A stretch of 64,000 bases of DNA from Puniceicoccaceae bacterium (lineage in GTDB: Bacteria > Verrucomicrobiota > Verrucomicrobiia > Opitutales > Oceanipulchritudinaceae). Positions 1 through 9,415 of this stretch are shown here, in pieces (positions within the stretch are counted from its first letter, which is position 1; every line of letters starts with the position of its first letter). The DNA is taken from NCBI GenBank assembly GCA_040830765.1, contig JBFOMH010000012.1:1-64000 (forward strand). The letters run 5' to 3'. Both the position numbers and the translations under genes were made by a program. Under the pieces are notes generated by a model. It saw only the letters and a program-made list of their open reading frames with translations. It had not been told where the DNA came from and searched no databases.

Positions 1-915
1 CCCGCTCTGATTGCCGAATTTCTCGACCGTCCCGGCGGGGACCTTCTCCTCCGGCAACTTCAGCCGCCGACGGATGTTGTCGATAATGTAGCGGTTGGCC
101 TGGTGGAAGACGAAGCCGTCGACATTTTCCGGCTCCCAACCAGTGGCTTCCAACATCGCCTTGATGGCGGGCAATTCCACCTTGAGGGAGAAATTGAAAA
201 TGGCTGCACCGTCCATGTGGAGGTGACAGCGCGAGCGCCGGATGCCTTCCCCCATGTCCTCGAGCTGGGTAGTTTCCGGCGTGACTGGTTCCCGCAGGGC
301 GCCGCCGGGTTGCCAGAGGGATTCATATCCGGATCCATCGGAACGGAGCTCAAAAACGGCTTCCGGAGCCTCAGGGTCCGCCTCCAGGAGGGTCGCTGAG
401 GCAGCATCGCCAAAAAGCGGGCGCAGGGCACGGTCTTCTCGGGAAACCACCCGGCTGATGGTATCGCCGACCACTAGCACAACCTTTTTCAGTCCCCCAC
501 CCTTGAGAAAGCTCATGGCGGCCCACAAGCCGTAGACAAATCCGGAGCAACCGAGATTGAAATCCATGCAGGCGCAGGTATCCGGCAGGCCGAGGCGTCC
601 CTGCAGCAGCACGGCATTGCCCGGTTGCAGGTAATCAGGGGTCTGGGTGACCATGAAAAGGCCGTCAATTTCCGCCGGATCGGTCCCGGAATCCTCAATG
701 AGTCTCCGCACCGCCGCCTCAGCGAGATCGAGCGCCGTCATGCCGTCCGGGACAATGCGCCGCTTATCCAGCCCGATGGTCTGCTTGAGACGTTCAATCT
801 GGGCCTGGTTGTTGTCGAACAAGTCCGCCTCATCGACACTGAGGGAAACCTCGTTGCGAGGAACGGCCGTGACCAGGCCGGTGAGGCCTACTCCACTGAT
901 GCGGGCAAGGGCCAT
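1..915 (-). CDS. 3-oxoacyl-ACP synthase III (FabH-like), truncated at the window edge
   Basis: Absent from the ORF track. Manual translation from ATG at 915 gives MALARISGVGLTG...TQTPDYLQPG...DFNLGCSGFVYG...FHQAN...FGNQSG, carrying the Cys-His-Asn triad. The frame is open to position 1. Confidence 0.9.
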   Translation of the reverse strand, partial: MALARISGVGLTGLVTAVPRNEVSLSVDEADLFDNNQAQIERLKQTIGLDKRRIVPDGMTALDLAEAAVRRLIEDSGTDPAEIDGLFMVTQTPDYLQPGNAVLLQGRLGLPDTCACMDFNLGCSGFVYGLWAAMSFLKGGGLKKVVLVVGDTISRVVSREDRALRPLFGDAASATLLEADPEAPEAVFELRSDGSGYESLWQPGGALREPVTPETTQLEDMGEGIRRSRCHLHMDGAAIFNFSLKVELPAIKAMLEATGWEPENVDGFVFHQANRYIIDNIRRRLKLPEEKVPAGTVEKFGNQSG

Positions 916-1140
916 TTAACTCCTTTTGCCTTCCATGAGGGAATGGATATCGCCCACAGTGGCGCAGTTCTGCAATTCGGTCCCGGTAACATTGACCCCA
1001 TAATCCATGTCGAGCATGGAGATCGTCATGAGAATGGCGAGGGAATCCCAGTTTGGCAGGTCGACCAACCGGGTCTCCATCTGGAGGTCGGTGTCCACCA
1101 CATTGGCGGCCTCGGCGAAGTTCGTTAGGAATTCTGACAT
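916..1140 (-). CDS. Acyl carrier protein
   Basis: 74 aa acidic protein with WDSL phosphopantetheine motif; abuts the FabH-like gene. Confidence 0.9.
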   Translation of the reverse strand: MSEFLTNFAEAANVVDTDLQMETRLVDLPNWDSLAILMTISMLDMDYGVNVTGTELQNCATVGDIHSLMEGKRS

Positions 1141-1148
1141 TGGATTAG

Positions 1149-1180
1149 GGACGAAAGACTAAGGACAATGGACGAAAGAC
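1149..1180. repeat. Degenerate heptamer tandem repeat (GGACGAA-AGACTAA-GGACAAT-GGACGAA)
   Basis: Read directly in the intergenic gap; related units occur at 6623-6657. Confidence 0.6.
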
Positions 1181-1184
1181 GCGT

Positions 1185-1829
1185 TTAAGTATTTTTTGTA
1201 AGGAGTTTGGCAGGGTTGCCGAAGACTGTCACGCTGCCGGGGATATTGGACACCACGACGGACCCGGCACCGATGGTCGTGTCGTCTCCGACCGACTTGC
1301 CGGGAATGACCGTTGCCCGGCTGCCCATGAGGACGCGGTCCCCGAGCCTGACATAACCGGTTATGTCGCAAAAGCTGCTGATCTGACAATCCTCCCCGAT
1401 GACCGCATCATGGCCAACCGCGCAATTGAGATTGAGCGCTGTATTGGCCCCGATGGCGATGTCGCAGGTCAGCGTTGTACCGGGGCAGAGGATCACGCCC
1501 GGTTCAAGGTGGACCCGGCGCCCGATGGTGCAGCTCTTGTGAATGACCCGGGCAAATTCGGCACCGCGTTCTGCAAAGCGCTGGCGCATCTCCGCACGGA
1601 GCCTGGGCTGGCCAATCCCGATGATGAAAATGTCATCCGGACGTGGCTCGTAGGCCATTGTCGTACCCAGGATGGGTAAGCCGATACCGGCTGAATTCTG
1701 GAGGGCATCCGCACGGTCATCAATAAACCCGGCCGGTTCCCACTCCCGTCCGAAGGCCTCACTTTCCAAGGCCCACTCCAGGACCTCGCGGCCAAAGCCG
1801 CCAGCACCGATAATAACCAGACGCTTCAT
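1185..1829 (-). CDS. Sugar O-acyltransferase, NeuD/PglD-type hexapeptide-repeat family
   Basis: N-terminal IIGAGGFGREV, left-handed beta-helix repeats, VGHD and C-terminal GNPAK. Confidence 0.9.
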   Translation of the reverse strand: MKRLVIIGAGGFGREVLEWALESEAFGREWEPAGFIDDRADALQNSAGIGLPILGTTMAYEPRPDDIFIIGIGQPRLRAEMRQRFAERGAEFARVIHKSCTIGRRVHLEPGVILCPGTTLTCDIAIGANTALNLNCAVGHDAVIGEDCQISSFCDITGYVRLGDRVLMGSRATVIPGKSVGDDTTIGAGSVVVSNIPGSVTVFGNPAKLLTKNT

Positions 1830-2557
1830 TGCATCGCAACTGTAGCATCCGGTTGCGTTTCGGCAAGGCAGAGTTCCGCCAGCACCTCCATGACCTCCAT
1901 GAAACCCGGCTCCTCCCAGAGACCGTCGATGGACTGGCTGCTCACGATGCGGACAAAAAACTGCTCCCGGTGCACATTCAGCCCGAATTTGGTCAGGTCC
2001 TCGAAGACGGTTGTGAGGGAGGTTCGGGTGTTGATACGCTCGCCACCATAAGAGTGTACCTCCCCACCGACAATGTGCCAGAAGTAGGCATGGTTGGTGT
2101 AATTCTCCAATTCATAGACACCCCACTGCGCCGGCTGGAGCGGAATTTCCCCGACGAATTTCTCCACGTTCCATTTGCGGTCGGTGCAGGACCAGCCAAC
2201 TTGCGTCCAGCAGCGGTCCGGGCTGTGTTGGTTGACCAACCGGACCGGCATCTTGCCAGGCTTCCAGTAAGCGACATAGATACTGAAATTCTTGTCCCCA
2301 CGGGTATAGCTGCGGTGGATGAAATCATCCAGCTTGAGCAGATCCATTGACCGCTCGGTAACCGACTCGGTCGGGCCAAGATCCATATCCTCGACTTCCC
2401 AACCCGCCACATCTGAGGGAATTATCTCCTCCAGGGGCAGCGTCAGGCTCCCCTCGCTAACGGTACGGGTACTCGAAATGACCTGCAAGGCGATCCCCAC
2501 CAACAGGATGATCCCTGCTGCTCCGGGGATGCCCCAGCGTTTGATCCATTGCATCAT
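1826..2557 (-). CDS. Exosortase-associated EpsI-family protein
   Basis: One N-terminal TM segment, then LLKLDDFIHRSY...VYVAYW...HSPDRCW..GW, typical of EpsI. Start placed at ATG 2557 (track gives 2605). Confidence 0.75.
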   Translation of the reverse strand: MMQWIKRWGIPGAAGIILLVGIALQVISSTRTVSEGSLTLPLEEIIPSDVAGWEVEDMDLGPTESVTERSMDLLKLDDFIHRSYTRGDKNFSIYVAYWKPGKMPVRLVNQHSPDRCWTQVGWSCTDRKWNVEKFVGEIPLQPAQWGVYELENYTNHAYFWHIVGGEVHSYGGERINTRTSLTTVFEDLTKFGLNVHREQFFVRIVSSQSIDGLWEEPGFMEVMEVLAELCLAETQPDATVAMQ

Positions 2558-2653
2558 GCCGAACAATGAAATGAGATTCCCCGGGATTTCAATGATGGAA
2601 ATCACATCTTGAAAGAGGCGTCATTTGACCGTTAACTCGTTCCATTGACTTTG

Positions 2654-2950
2654 ATGCAGGATACAATCAACCAACTCATCTATACCAGCCTGGCCGATCT
2701 GGCCGAAGACTTTGATATCCCGGGACTGGAAAACCCGGATCCGGAAACCCGGCTCTACGGGCAGAAGTCCGTCCTTGATTCCATGGCCCTGGTAGCCCTC
2801 GTCGCGGACTTGGAAGGACGCGTGCGGGAGGCCTTCGGCAAGGATGTCATCCTCGCCGACGAACGGGCCATGAGCAGGCGGTTGACCCCGTTTGCACGGG
2901 TCGGAACGCTTGCGGACTATATTGAAGAACGTTTAAAGGAGGAGAGCTGA
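2654..2950 (+). CDS. Acyl carrier protein (second, divergent)
   Basis: LDSMALV carrier motif; first gene of an ACP-SDR-ligase operon. Confidence 0.8.
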   Translation: MQDTINQLIYTSLADLAEDFDIPGLENPDPETRLYGQKSVLDSMALVALVADLEGRVREAFGKDVILADERAMSRRLTPFARVGTLADYIEERLKEES

Positions 2951-2952
2951 CG

Positions 2953-3651
2953 ATGGCCAATTCCATGCTTATAACGGGAACCAGCAAAGGCCTTGGTAAG
3001 GCGATGGCCGACCATTACCTGGCTCAGGGCTGGCAGGTCGCCGGTTGCAGCCGGAGTGACGCCACCATCGAACACCCGGACTACCAGCATTATTCGCTCG
3101 ATGTAGCGGACGAAAAAGCTGTCACCGCCATGGTGCGGGAGGTTCATGCCGCACATGGTCTGGACGCCCTCATAAATAATGCCGGCATCGCCGCCATGAA
3201 TCATCTGCTACTGAGCTCGGCCGGCGTTGCCCGGCAAATCATGGAGACCAATGTTATTGGTCCGTTCCTCTTTATCCGGGAGGCGGCCAAGCTGATGCAG
3301 CGTTCCGGCGGCGGCCGCATCGTCAATTTCACCACAGTGGCAGTCCCACTGGACCTCGAGGGGGAGGCCCTTTATTCAGCCAGCAAGGCGGCCTTGGAAT
3401 CACTTACCCGCGTAGCCGCCCGGGAATTGGGTCCGATGGACATTCTTGTCAACAGCATCGGCCCTTGCCCTATCCCAACCGATCTCACCCGCCAAGTTCC
3501 CAAGGAAAAGCTGGAAGCACTCATCGACCGCCAGGCCCTCAAGCGCGCCGGGACGGTGGAGGATGTCTTCCCAGTAGTCGACTTCCTCATCTCCCCGAAG
3601 AGTGCTTTCATCACGGGCCAGACGCTCTACCTCGGCGGAGTCTTCCATTAA
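2953..3651 (+). CDS. SDR oxidoreductase (3-oxoacyl-ACP reductase-like)
   Basis: TGTSKGLG, NNAG and YSASK motifs. Confidence 0.9.
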   Translation: MANSMLITGTSKGLGKAMADHYLAQGWQVAGCSRSDATIEHPDYQHYSLDVADEKAVTAMVREVHAAHGLDALINNAGIAAMNHLLLSSAGVARQIMETNVIGPFLFIREAAKLMQRSGGGRIVNFTTVAVPLDLEGEALYSASKAALESLTRVAARELGPMDILVNSIGPCPIPTDLTRQVPKEKLEALIDRQALKRAGTVEDVFPVVDFLISPKSAFITGQTLYLGGVFH

Positions 3652-3655
3652 TCCC

Positions 3656-5011
3656 ATGTCCCAAGCCGACTGGATAAGCGGGCGCATTGCTGAGTTCGGG
3701 GACCGGACATTCCTGACCCGCGGGGATAGACATCATTCCTTTGCCGAACTGGCCGCAGAAGTTGATGTAGCAAAGAAAGAGATTATTCAAGCGGACATCC
3801 CCGAGGGTGCCTGTGTCGCCCTGCTGGGCGATTACTCCCTGGAGGCCATCGCCGCCTTCATCGCGCTCCACCTGAATGGAAATATCCTCGTCCCAATGAC
3901 TGGCCTGCCGCAGGAGGAGCTGCGACAGCGGATGGCAGAGGCCCACGTGCAGTGGATTTTGAAGGCGGAGGACACGAAGTACGCCATTGAAAAGCTAATT
4001 CCTGACGGTGATATGCCAACCATGCTGGCCGATCTGCAATCAGCCGGTCATTCCGGACTCATCCTGTTCAGCAGCGGTAGTACCGGGCGGCCCAAGGCAA
4101 TGGTCCATGACCTGCAAGAGCTGCTGGCGGTCTACCGCGACAAGCGGCCACGTGCACTCACCATGCTGGTATTCCTTCTTTTCGATCACATTGGCGGACT
4201 CAATACATTGCTCAACGGGCTGGCCACCGGGGCCCACCTGGTAATCCCGGAGTCACGGGATCCGGAAGAAGTAGCCACTCTTATCGAACGGGAAAAAGTC
4301 CGCATCCTTCCAGCCTCCCCCACGTTCTTGAACTTGCTCCTGCTCAGTGGGGCTGTTGCACGCCATGACCTTTCCTCCCTTCGCATCATCACCTACGGTA
4401 CCGAGCCGATGCCGGAAAGCTTGTTGGCAAAATTAAAAGCCGCCTTTCCCCGGACCAAACTCCTGCAGACCTTTGGCACCAGCGAAACCGGCATCTCCCA
4501 GACTGTCAGCCGCTCATCCTCCAGTCTGGAGATGAAGATCGACGACCCGAACACCGAGTTCAAGGTCGTCGAGGGGGAACTCTGGCTCCGCAGCACGACG
4601 CAGATACGGGGCTACCTCAATGCCTCAATGGAACGCTTTACCGAGGATGGTTGGTTCCGAACAGGCGACCAGGTGGAACTCACCGATGACGGTTTTATCC
4701 GTATCCTTGGGCGGGATTCTGAAATCATCAATGTTGGCGGGGAGAAGGTCATGCCGGCCGAGGTCGAGTCCGTCCTCCTTGAGGTGCCGGAAGTTCGCGA
4801 CTGTATCGTATTCGGCAAGCCCAACCCAATAACCGGGCAGGTTGTTGCAGCCGAGGTGGTCGGTGCAAAGGACATCGAAGCCAGGGAATTATCGCGGAGC
4901 ATCAAGCGCTACTGCCGCTCCCGGATTGCGCCATACAAGGTACCGGTGTACATCGAGGTTGTCGAGTCCCTCCAGTCCACGGGCCGCTTCAAGAAGATAA
5001 GGCGGCGCTGA
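3656..5011 (+). CDS. AMP-dependent acyl-CoA/acyl-ACP ligase
   Basis: FSSGSTGRPK P-loop, QTFGTSE, WFRTGD and NVGGEKV. Start placed at ATG 3656. Confidence 0.9.
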   Translation: MSQADWISGRIAEFGDRTFLTRGDRHHSFAELAAEVDVAKKEIIQADIPEGACVALLGDYSLEAIAAFIALHLNGNILVPMTGLPQEELRQRMAEAHVQWILKAEDTKYAIEKLIPDGDMPTMLADLQSAGHSGLILFSSGSTGRPKAMVHDLQELLAVYRDKRPRALTMLVFLLFDHIGGLNTLLNGLATGAHLVIPESRDPEEVATLIEREKVRILPASPTFLNLLLLSGAVARHDLSSLRIITYGTEPMPESLLAKLKAAFPRTKLLQTFGTSETGISQTVSRSSSSLEMKIDDPNTEFKVVEGELWLRSTTQIRGYLNASMERFTEDGWFRTGDQVELTDDGFIRILGRDSEIINVGGEKVMPAEVESVLLEVPEVRDCIVFGKPNPITGQVVAAEVVGAKDIEARELSRSIKRYCRSRIAPYKVPVYIEVVESLQSTGRFKKIRRR

Positions 5012-5029
5012 GATAGATTGCACAAAGGG

Positions 5030-5050
5030 CTACAGGCGTCCCGCCTGTAG
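5030..5050. repeat. REP-like palindrome CTACAGGCG-TCC-CGCCTGTAG
   Basis: 9-bp perfect stem; further copies at 6119, 6158 and 32438-32599. Confidence 0.85.
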
Positions 5051-5092
5051 TTGCATCTAAAGAAATTCGCGCCATTCGTAGTTAGTCTACAA

Positions 5093-5153
5093 AAACCGCG
5101 AATCCCGCGAAATCCGCATTATATTTTTGTGTTTTCCGTGTATTCCGTGGTTT
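5093..5153. repeat. Nonamer-based inverted repeat (AACCACGGAATACACGGAA-like family)
   Basis: Similar elements at 20935-21012 and about 22014-22075. Confidence 0.55.
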
Positions 5154-5170
5154 AAAAGTAACAGTCACCC

Positions 5171-5968
5171 ATGGACCTCTTCCTCAACAGTCTCTATTCG
5201 CCCTTCTTCTACTTTTTCTTTGGGTCACTGTTTGCCTGGGTCTATGTCATGATGTGCTACTTCAGTCGCGCCCGGGGATTTTCCCGCCGACTCATCCTTC
5301 TCTACGGATTCGGCCTGGTGCTGATCTGGGGATTCGCCTCGCCCCTCGGTAACCGCCTGCTTCTCGTCTCTCTCCTGACCGACCATCCGACAATCAATCT
5401 TGAAGACCCGAACGCCCCCTCACCGGATTTCATCCTCGTCGCAGCATCCGGCTACCTCATCATGGGGGATTCCCAGGAGGATGTCCTTTACGACCGCACG
5501 GCCCAGCGCGTGGCCACAGCTGCCAAACTTCACTCACAATTCCCGGAAGCTGTCCTCATTATGCAGGGAACCGGATACAAGGCTGCCGCCGGCGGTGGCC
5601 AGGTCCGACCCGCGGAGCACCAGGGCGAGCTCATGCGCCGGCTGGCCATCTCCATGGGTGTTCCGGAAGACAAGGTCCGCATCGAAGACCAATCCCGCAA
5701 TTCACGAGAACATGTCGAGGCGCTGCAAGAGTTGGATGGCATTTCACCGGATTCCCGGCTCGTTGTTGTCAGTTCCGATTGGCACATCCGGCGGCTCCAG
5801 ATGGTTTTCACGCCGGTCTTTGCCAATACAAGCTATCAGGCTTCGGAGACGCCTGTCCTCCATGGCTTTGCCCTGAGCCTGCTCTGGCCGGATGAGTCCA
5901 CGCTCTCCTCATCACGCATGTACCTCCGTGAGTGGGCCGGAATGATTTACTATTCCCTGACCGACTAG
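5171..5968 (+). CDS. YdcF/ElyC (DUF218) family envelope protein
   Basis: N-terminal TM segments; EDQSRNSREH, VVSSDWHIRR and YLREWAG match the DUF218 pattern. Confidence 0.8.
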   Translation: MDLFLNSLYSPFFYFFFGSLFAWVYVMMCYFSRARGFSRRLILLYGFGLVLIWGFASPLGNRLLLVSLLTDHPTINLEDPNAPSPDFILVAASGYLIMGDSQEDVLYDRTAQRVATAAKLHSQFPEAVLIMQGTGYKAAAGGGQVRPAEHQGELMRRLAISMGVPEDKVRIEDQSRNSREHVEALQELDGISPDSRLVVVSSDWHIRRLQMVFTPVFANTSYQASETPVLHGFALSLLWPDESTLSSSRMYLREWAGMIYYSLTD

Positions 5969-5972
5969 TCCC

Positions 5973-7250
5973 GTGAATATCTGGATCGTCAATCCTTTCG
6001 ATGAGCTGCCTGGCGAAACCGATATTCGCCACCGTTACTGGGCCCTGGCCGATACTTTGTCAGACCAGGGCCACACCGTCACCTGGTGGTCCTCCAACTT
6101 TTCCCACCGCACAAAGGACTACAGGCGTCCCGCCTGTAGCACCAAACCCCAAGAGGACTACAGGCGTCCCGCCTGTAGCAACCTCAAGTTCTCTCTCCGC
6201 CTCGTCCCAACTTCTCCCTACGCCCGCAACGTCTCATTCGCCAGACTCCGCAACCATCGGCAATACGCCCAGCGGTTCAAAAAACTCGCCTCTGCGTCCA
6301 TCGAATCCGGTGAGCTCCCCCCACCCGACCGCATCGTCGTCTCCCTCCCGCCACTGGGTACCGCGAGCGCCGCCTTCGCCATCCGGAAAAGATTCGGCGG
6401 GGAGGTCATCGTCGACATCATGGATGCCTGGCCGGAAACCTTCTACCGGCTTTTCCCCGGACAGCTTGGGAGATACCTCATGTGGCCCCTCAAGCGCTCC
6501 GCCATTGGGGCATTTCGTGGAGCCGACCGAATCTCCGCCGTGGCACAAGTCTATATCGACCTTGCCAAGTCTCATGCACCCGATAAGCCGACACATCTCT
6601 GTTATCACGGAATTGATAAAGAGGACGAAGGACAAAAGACTAAGAGCAAAGGTCCAAATTTGTCAGACTCTGGACAATCGTCCCCAGCCCCCCATCCCCT
6701 GAAAATTGCCTATATCGGGGCACTGGAGAGATCCTACGACCTCGAAACAGCCATTCAGGCGATTCAGCAACTGAGCAACGAGGGCAATGCCGTGGAACTG
6801 CATATTGCCGGTGCTGGTACCCAGGAGGCCGCGCTGCGTAATCTGGTCACTCGCCTGTGGACAGCAGAAAGCAAGTGCCCCGTTCATTTTCATGGGCTGC
6901 TAAGCAGAACAGACCTTCACAAACTCCTCAGCGACTGCCACCTTGGGCTTATCCCGATGACCCAGGATTCCCATGTAGGTATCCCCTATAAACTCGGCGA
7001 CTACTGTGCCGCCGGTTTGCCAGTCATTTCATCTCTCGATGGAGAATGTAGGGAATTTTTGGAGACAAAAAAGGCCGGGTCATATTATGAACCCGGCGTT
7101 GTGCAAAGTCTGGTGAGTGTTTTGTCTGACTACAGTAGAGGCGAAAGGGATATTTCCGCGGAAGGTATCAATTCTTTGGCACTGGCGAAACAGTGGTTTG
7201 ATCGCAATCAAACCTATGCAGACCTATCGGGATTCATTTCAGGGGAATAA
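5973..7250 (+). CDS. Glycosyltransferase family 4 carrying in-frame repeat insertions
   Basis: GT-B motifs DIMDAWPE, YIGAL and IPYKLGDYCAAGLPVI; duplicated DYRRPACS peptide. Confidence 0.85.
   Translation: MNIWIVNPFDELPGETDIRHRYWALADTLSDQGHTVTWWSSNFSHRTKDYRRPACSTKPQEDYRRPACSNLKFSLRLVPTSPYARNVSFARLRNHRQYAQRFKKLASASIESGELPPPDRIVVSLPPLGTASAAFAIRKRFGGEVIVDIMDAWPETFYRLFPGQLGRYLMWPLKRSAIGAFRGADRISAVAQVYIDLAKSHAPDKPTHLCYHGIDKEDEGQKTKSKGPNLSDSGQSSPAPHPLKIAYIGALERSYDLETAIQAIQQLSNEGNAVELHIAGAGTQEAALRNLVTRLWTAESKCPVHFHGLLSRTDLHKLLSDCHLGLIPMTQDSHVGIPYKLGDYCAAGLPVISSLDGECREFLETKKAGSYYEPGVVQSLVSVLSDYSRGERDISAEGINSLALAKQWFDRNQTYADLSGFISGE
6116..6180. repeat. Two in-frame copies of GGACTACAGGCGTCCCGCCTGTAGCA with a 39-nt period
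   Basis: Identical 26-mers at 6116-6141 and 6155-6180 inside the GT4 gene. Confidence 0.9.
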
Positions 7251-8382
7251 ATTTCCCGACCGCCTCCACAAACTGCCGCCCAATAGCCTCCCATGAGAAC
7301 TCTTCCCGGATCCATACGGAGCCGTGTGCCCCTATTTCCCGGCGTTCTTCATCACTCATGGCCATGGCCTCTTTTAGGGACTTCATGAGGGGTTCCACTC
7401 CGGTTTCGATCCACCAGCCGCAGCGCTTCTCTGCCAATCGTTCCCAAGGCGTTGCCTTGGTGGTGATGACCGGTACCCCCATGCCCAAGGCCTCGCCAAT
7501 GACTATGCCAAAATTTTCTGAGTAGCTGGGTAAAACAAACAGGTCCGCCGATCGATAGATATCCCACTTCGCCTCGTCGCTAACGGGTCCAATAAAGTGG
7601 ATCTTTTCGGCATTCACTTGTTTAGCGGCCAAATGCTCACATTCGGCCTGATGCCCCCCATCGTCATTGCCAGCGACGACCAGTTCCCAATCCGTCTGGT
7701 TCAATTGCCCAAAAGTCTCAATTAAGTCCATCAGGCCTTTCTTGGGATGTATCCGTGAAAGGAATAAAATCCGCTTGTTTTCAGCCCCACCAGGCGCTGC
7801 CTTTTCCTCGCCGGAAGGGATGTGAACACCGTTCGGGATCGTTACAATGGGTGGGCAAATTGACTTCAGGACGTTGCGTATGTGCTCGGCCTCCAACTCT
7901 GCGGTAGCATGGATTAAGGCCGAAGAGGCCAGCGCTTGCTTGGCATAAGACCACCAGGCAATGCGTTTTTTTAATTTCCGGTGATTGAGAGCCCATGGAT
8001 CCAGCATGCTCCGGGTAGATGTTATCACCGGAATGGCCTTCCGTTTGCCAGTTGCACTGACGGAATAATTCAGCCGGTTCCAAACCCCTGCATGGTACAG
8101 GAAACCCACTGGCTCTCCTGGCTCAGTCAATCGTTCCAGCTCATGCCGTACCCCATTAAACCCGTCACAGAGGCGGATTTGCAGATTTGGTGAGATGGCC
8201 GCACTCGAGAGCGTGTCCTCGCTCGTCATGGGCGCCAATAAAATGACCTCAGCTCCCGGATTGTCGTCCAACTGAAGCATGGCATCGGCAACCGAAGAGG
8301 CCAATGCTGGTACACTCCTGGCGATACCGCCAAGGTCAACATCGACTGTGGATGCTATAAAGATGTAGCGCCGCTTAATCAT
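7234..8382 (-). CDS. Glycosyltransferase family 4
   Basis: FLSRIHPKKG and PSYSENFGIVIGEALGMGVPVI. Confidence 0.9.
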   Translation of the reverse strand: MIKRRYIFIASTVDVDLGGIARSVPALASSVADAMLQLDDNPGAEVILLAPMTSEDTLSSAAISPNLQIRLCDGFNGVRHELERLTEPGEPVGFLYHAGVWNRLNYSVSATGKRKAIPVITSTRSMLDPWALNHRKLKKRIAWWSYAKQALASSALIHATAELEAEHIRNVLKSICPPIVTIPNGVHIPSGEEKAAPGGAENKRILFLSRIHPKKGLMDLIETFGQLNQTDWELVVAGNDDGGHQAECEHLAAKQVNAEKIHFIGPVSDEAKWDIYRSADLFVLPSYSENFGIVIGEALGMGVPVITTKATPWERLAEKRCGWWIETGVEPLMKSLKEAMAMSDEERREIGAHGSVWIREEFSWEAIGRQFVEAVGKFIPLK

Positions 8383-9415
8383 TCAGGATCTCACGCAAGA
8401 ACTTGTCATGCTCTGCAGCAATTACCGGCCATGTGTATTTGTCAGGAGGATCAACGCACGTGGCAGGAGTGGTATCCAATTGAATAGCGAATTCCTCCAG
8501 TGCCTCCTTGGTCAGTGGTGGCTCAAAAAGGGTTAGCCAGTTACTTCCAAAATCATCCCTGAGCTCCAGAAAGGTGGGTGTAGCCGGCGCGAGTACCCTT
8601 TTTCCGTAGGACAAGGCATGAAAGACCACCCCTGAGTTAAGGGAGCCCGCATAAGGGATGACAACCCCCGAAGAACTGTTCAGCAAGCCATCCAACTCCT
8701 GCTTGGAAACATACCTCTGGATCAAGCGGACCTCAGGAAGCGTAGCGGCAAGTCCTTCGACAATCCGGGAAAGCTCCGGATCGTCACATTGTCCTGCAAC
8801 CGTCAATTCGCAGCGTGGTGGGTCAAGCTGGGAATAGACCTCCAGAAGATGCGGGATCTCCTTGTAGCGGCGTATCTTGCCAAAGCAAATAAGCGACTTT
8901 CCGGTTCGCTCTTCCTTGGCCTGCTGGTCATGACAATCTTCCGGACGGGGATGGAAGCCATGGACAATCACCGTGTTTGGCAGCTTCCCAAGAATTGGAA
9001 TTGCGGCTGCCTGACTTGCGGATGCTGAGCTGAGGGATATCCAACCATCCAGGCGCGAGAAAAAATGCTTCCAGAACCAATCCTCGAGATTCTGGTGATA
9101 ATTCTCATGGGATCGCAAGTTGTGGATAGTCCAGACGATGCGAGTTCCCAAAAGCCGATAAACCGTGACAATGGACAGGAGTAGTACCGCACGGAAGGTG
9201 CTCTTTAACAGACTGGGATGAAATACGAACCCATCCGGCCAATGGAGATGCAGGCATGCCGGTATTTCGAACTTCAAAAGTCCTGGACCAAGATCATGAA
9301 TCCGCCAGCCGAACTTCGCCAACTCATCATAGAGGAGACTTTGATACCGATTTGTATGCCTGTTTTTAAAGGCTGGATAGGCTACCAGGAGCTTGGATTT
9401 CCCTTGCGGTGCCAT
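8375..9415 (-). CDS. Glycosyltransferase (GT-B, GumI-like)
   Basis: HLHWPD, VWTIHNL.SHE, FGKIRRYK and LNSGV..HALS. Confidence 0.75.
   Translation of the reverse strand: MAPQGKSKLLVAYPAFKNRHTNRYQSLLYDELAKFGWRIHDLGPGLLKFEIPACLHLHWPDGFVFHPSLLKSTFRAVLLLSIVTVYRLLGTRIVWTIHNLRSHENYHQNLEDWFWKHFFSRLDGWISLSSASASQAAAIPILGKLPNTVIVHGFHPRPEDCHDQQAKEERTGKSLICFGKIRRYKEIPHLLEVYSQLDPPRCELTVAGQCDDPELSRIVEGLAATLPEVRLIQRYVSKQELDGLLNSSSGVVIPYAGSLNSGVVFHALSYGKRVLAPATPTFLELRDDFGSNWLTLFEPPLTKEALEEFAIQLDTTPATCVDPPDKYTWPVIAAEHDKFLREILND

Noticed and set aside
1..5011. Stand-alone PKS/NRPS secondary-metabolite cluster
   Set aside because: No elongating KS, condensation or thioesterase domains; the context is polysaccharide biosynthesis.
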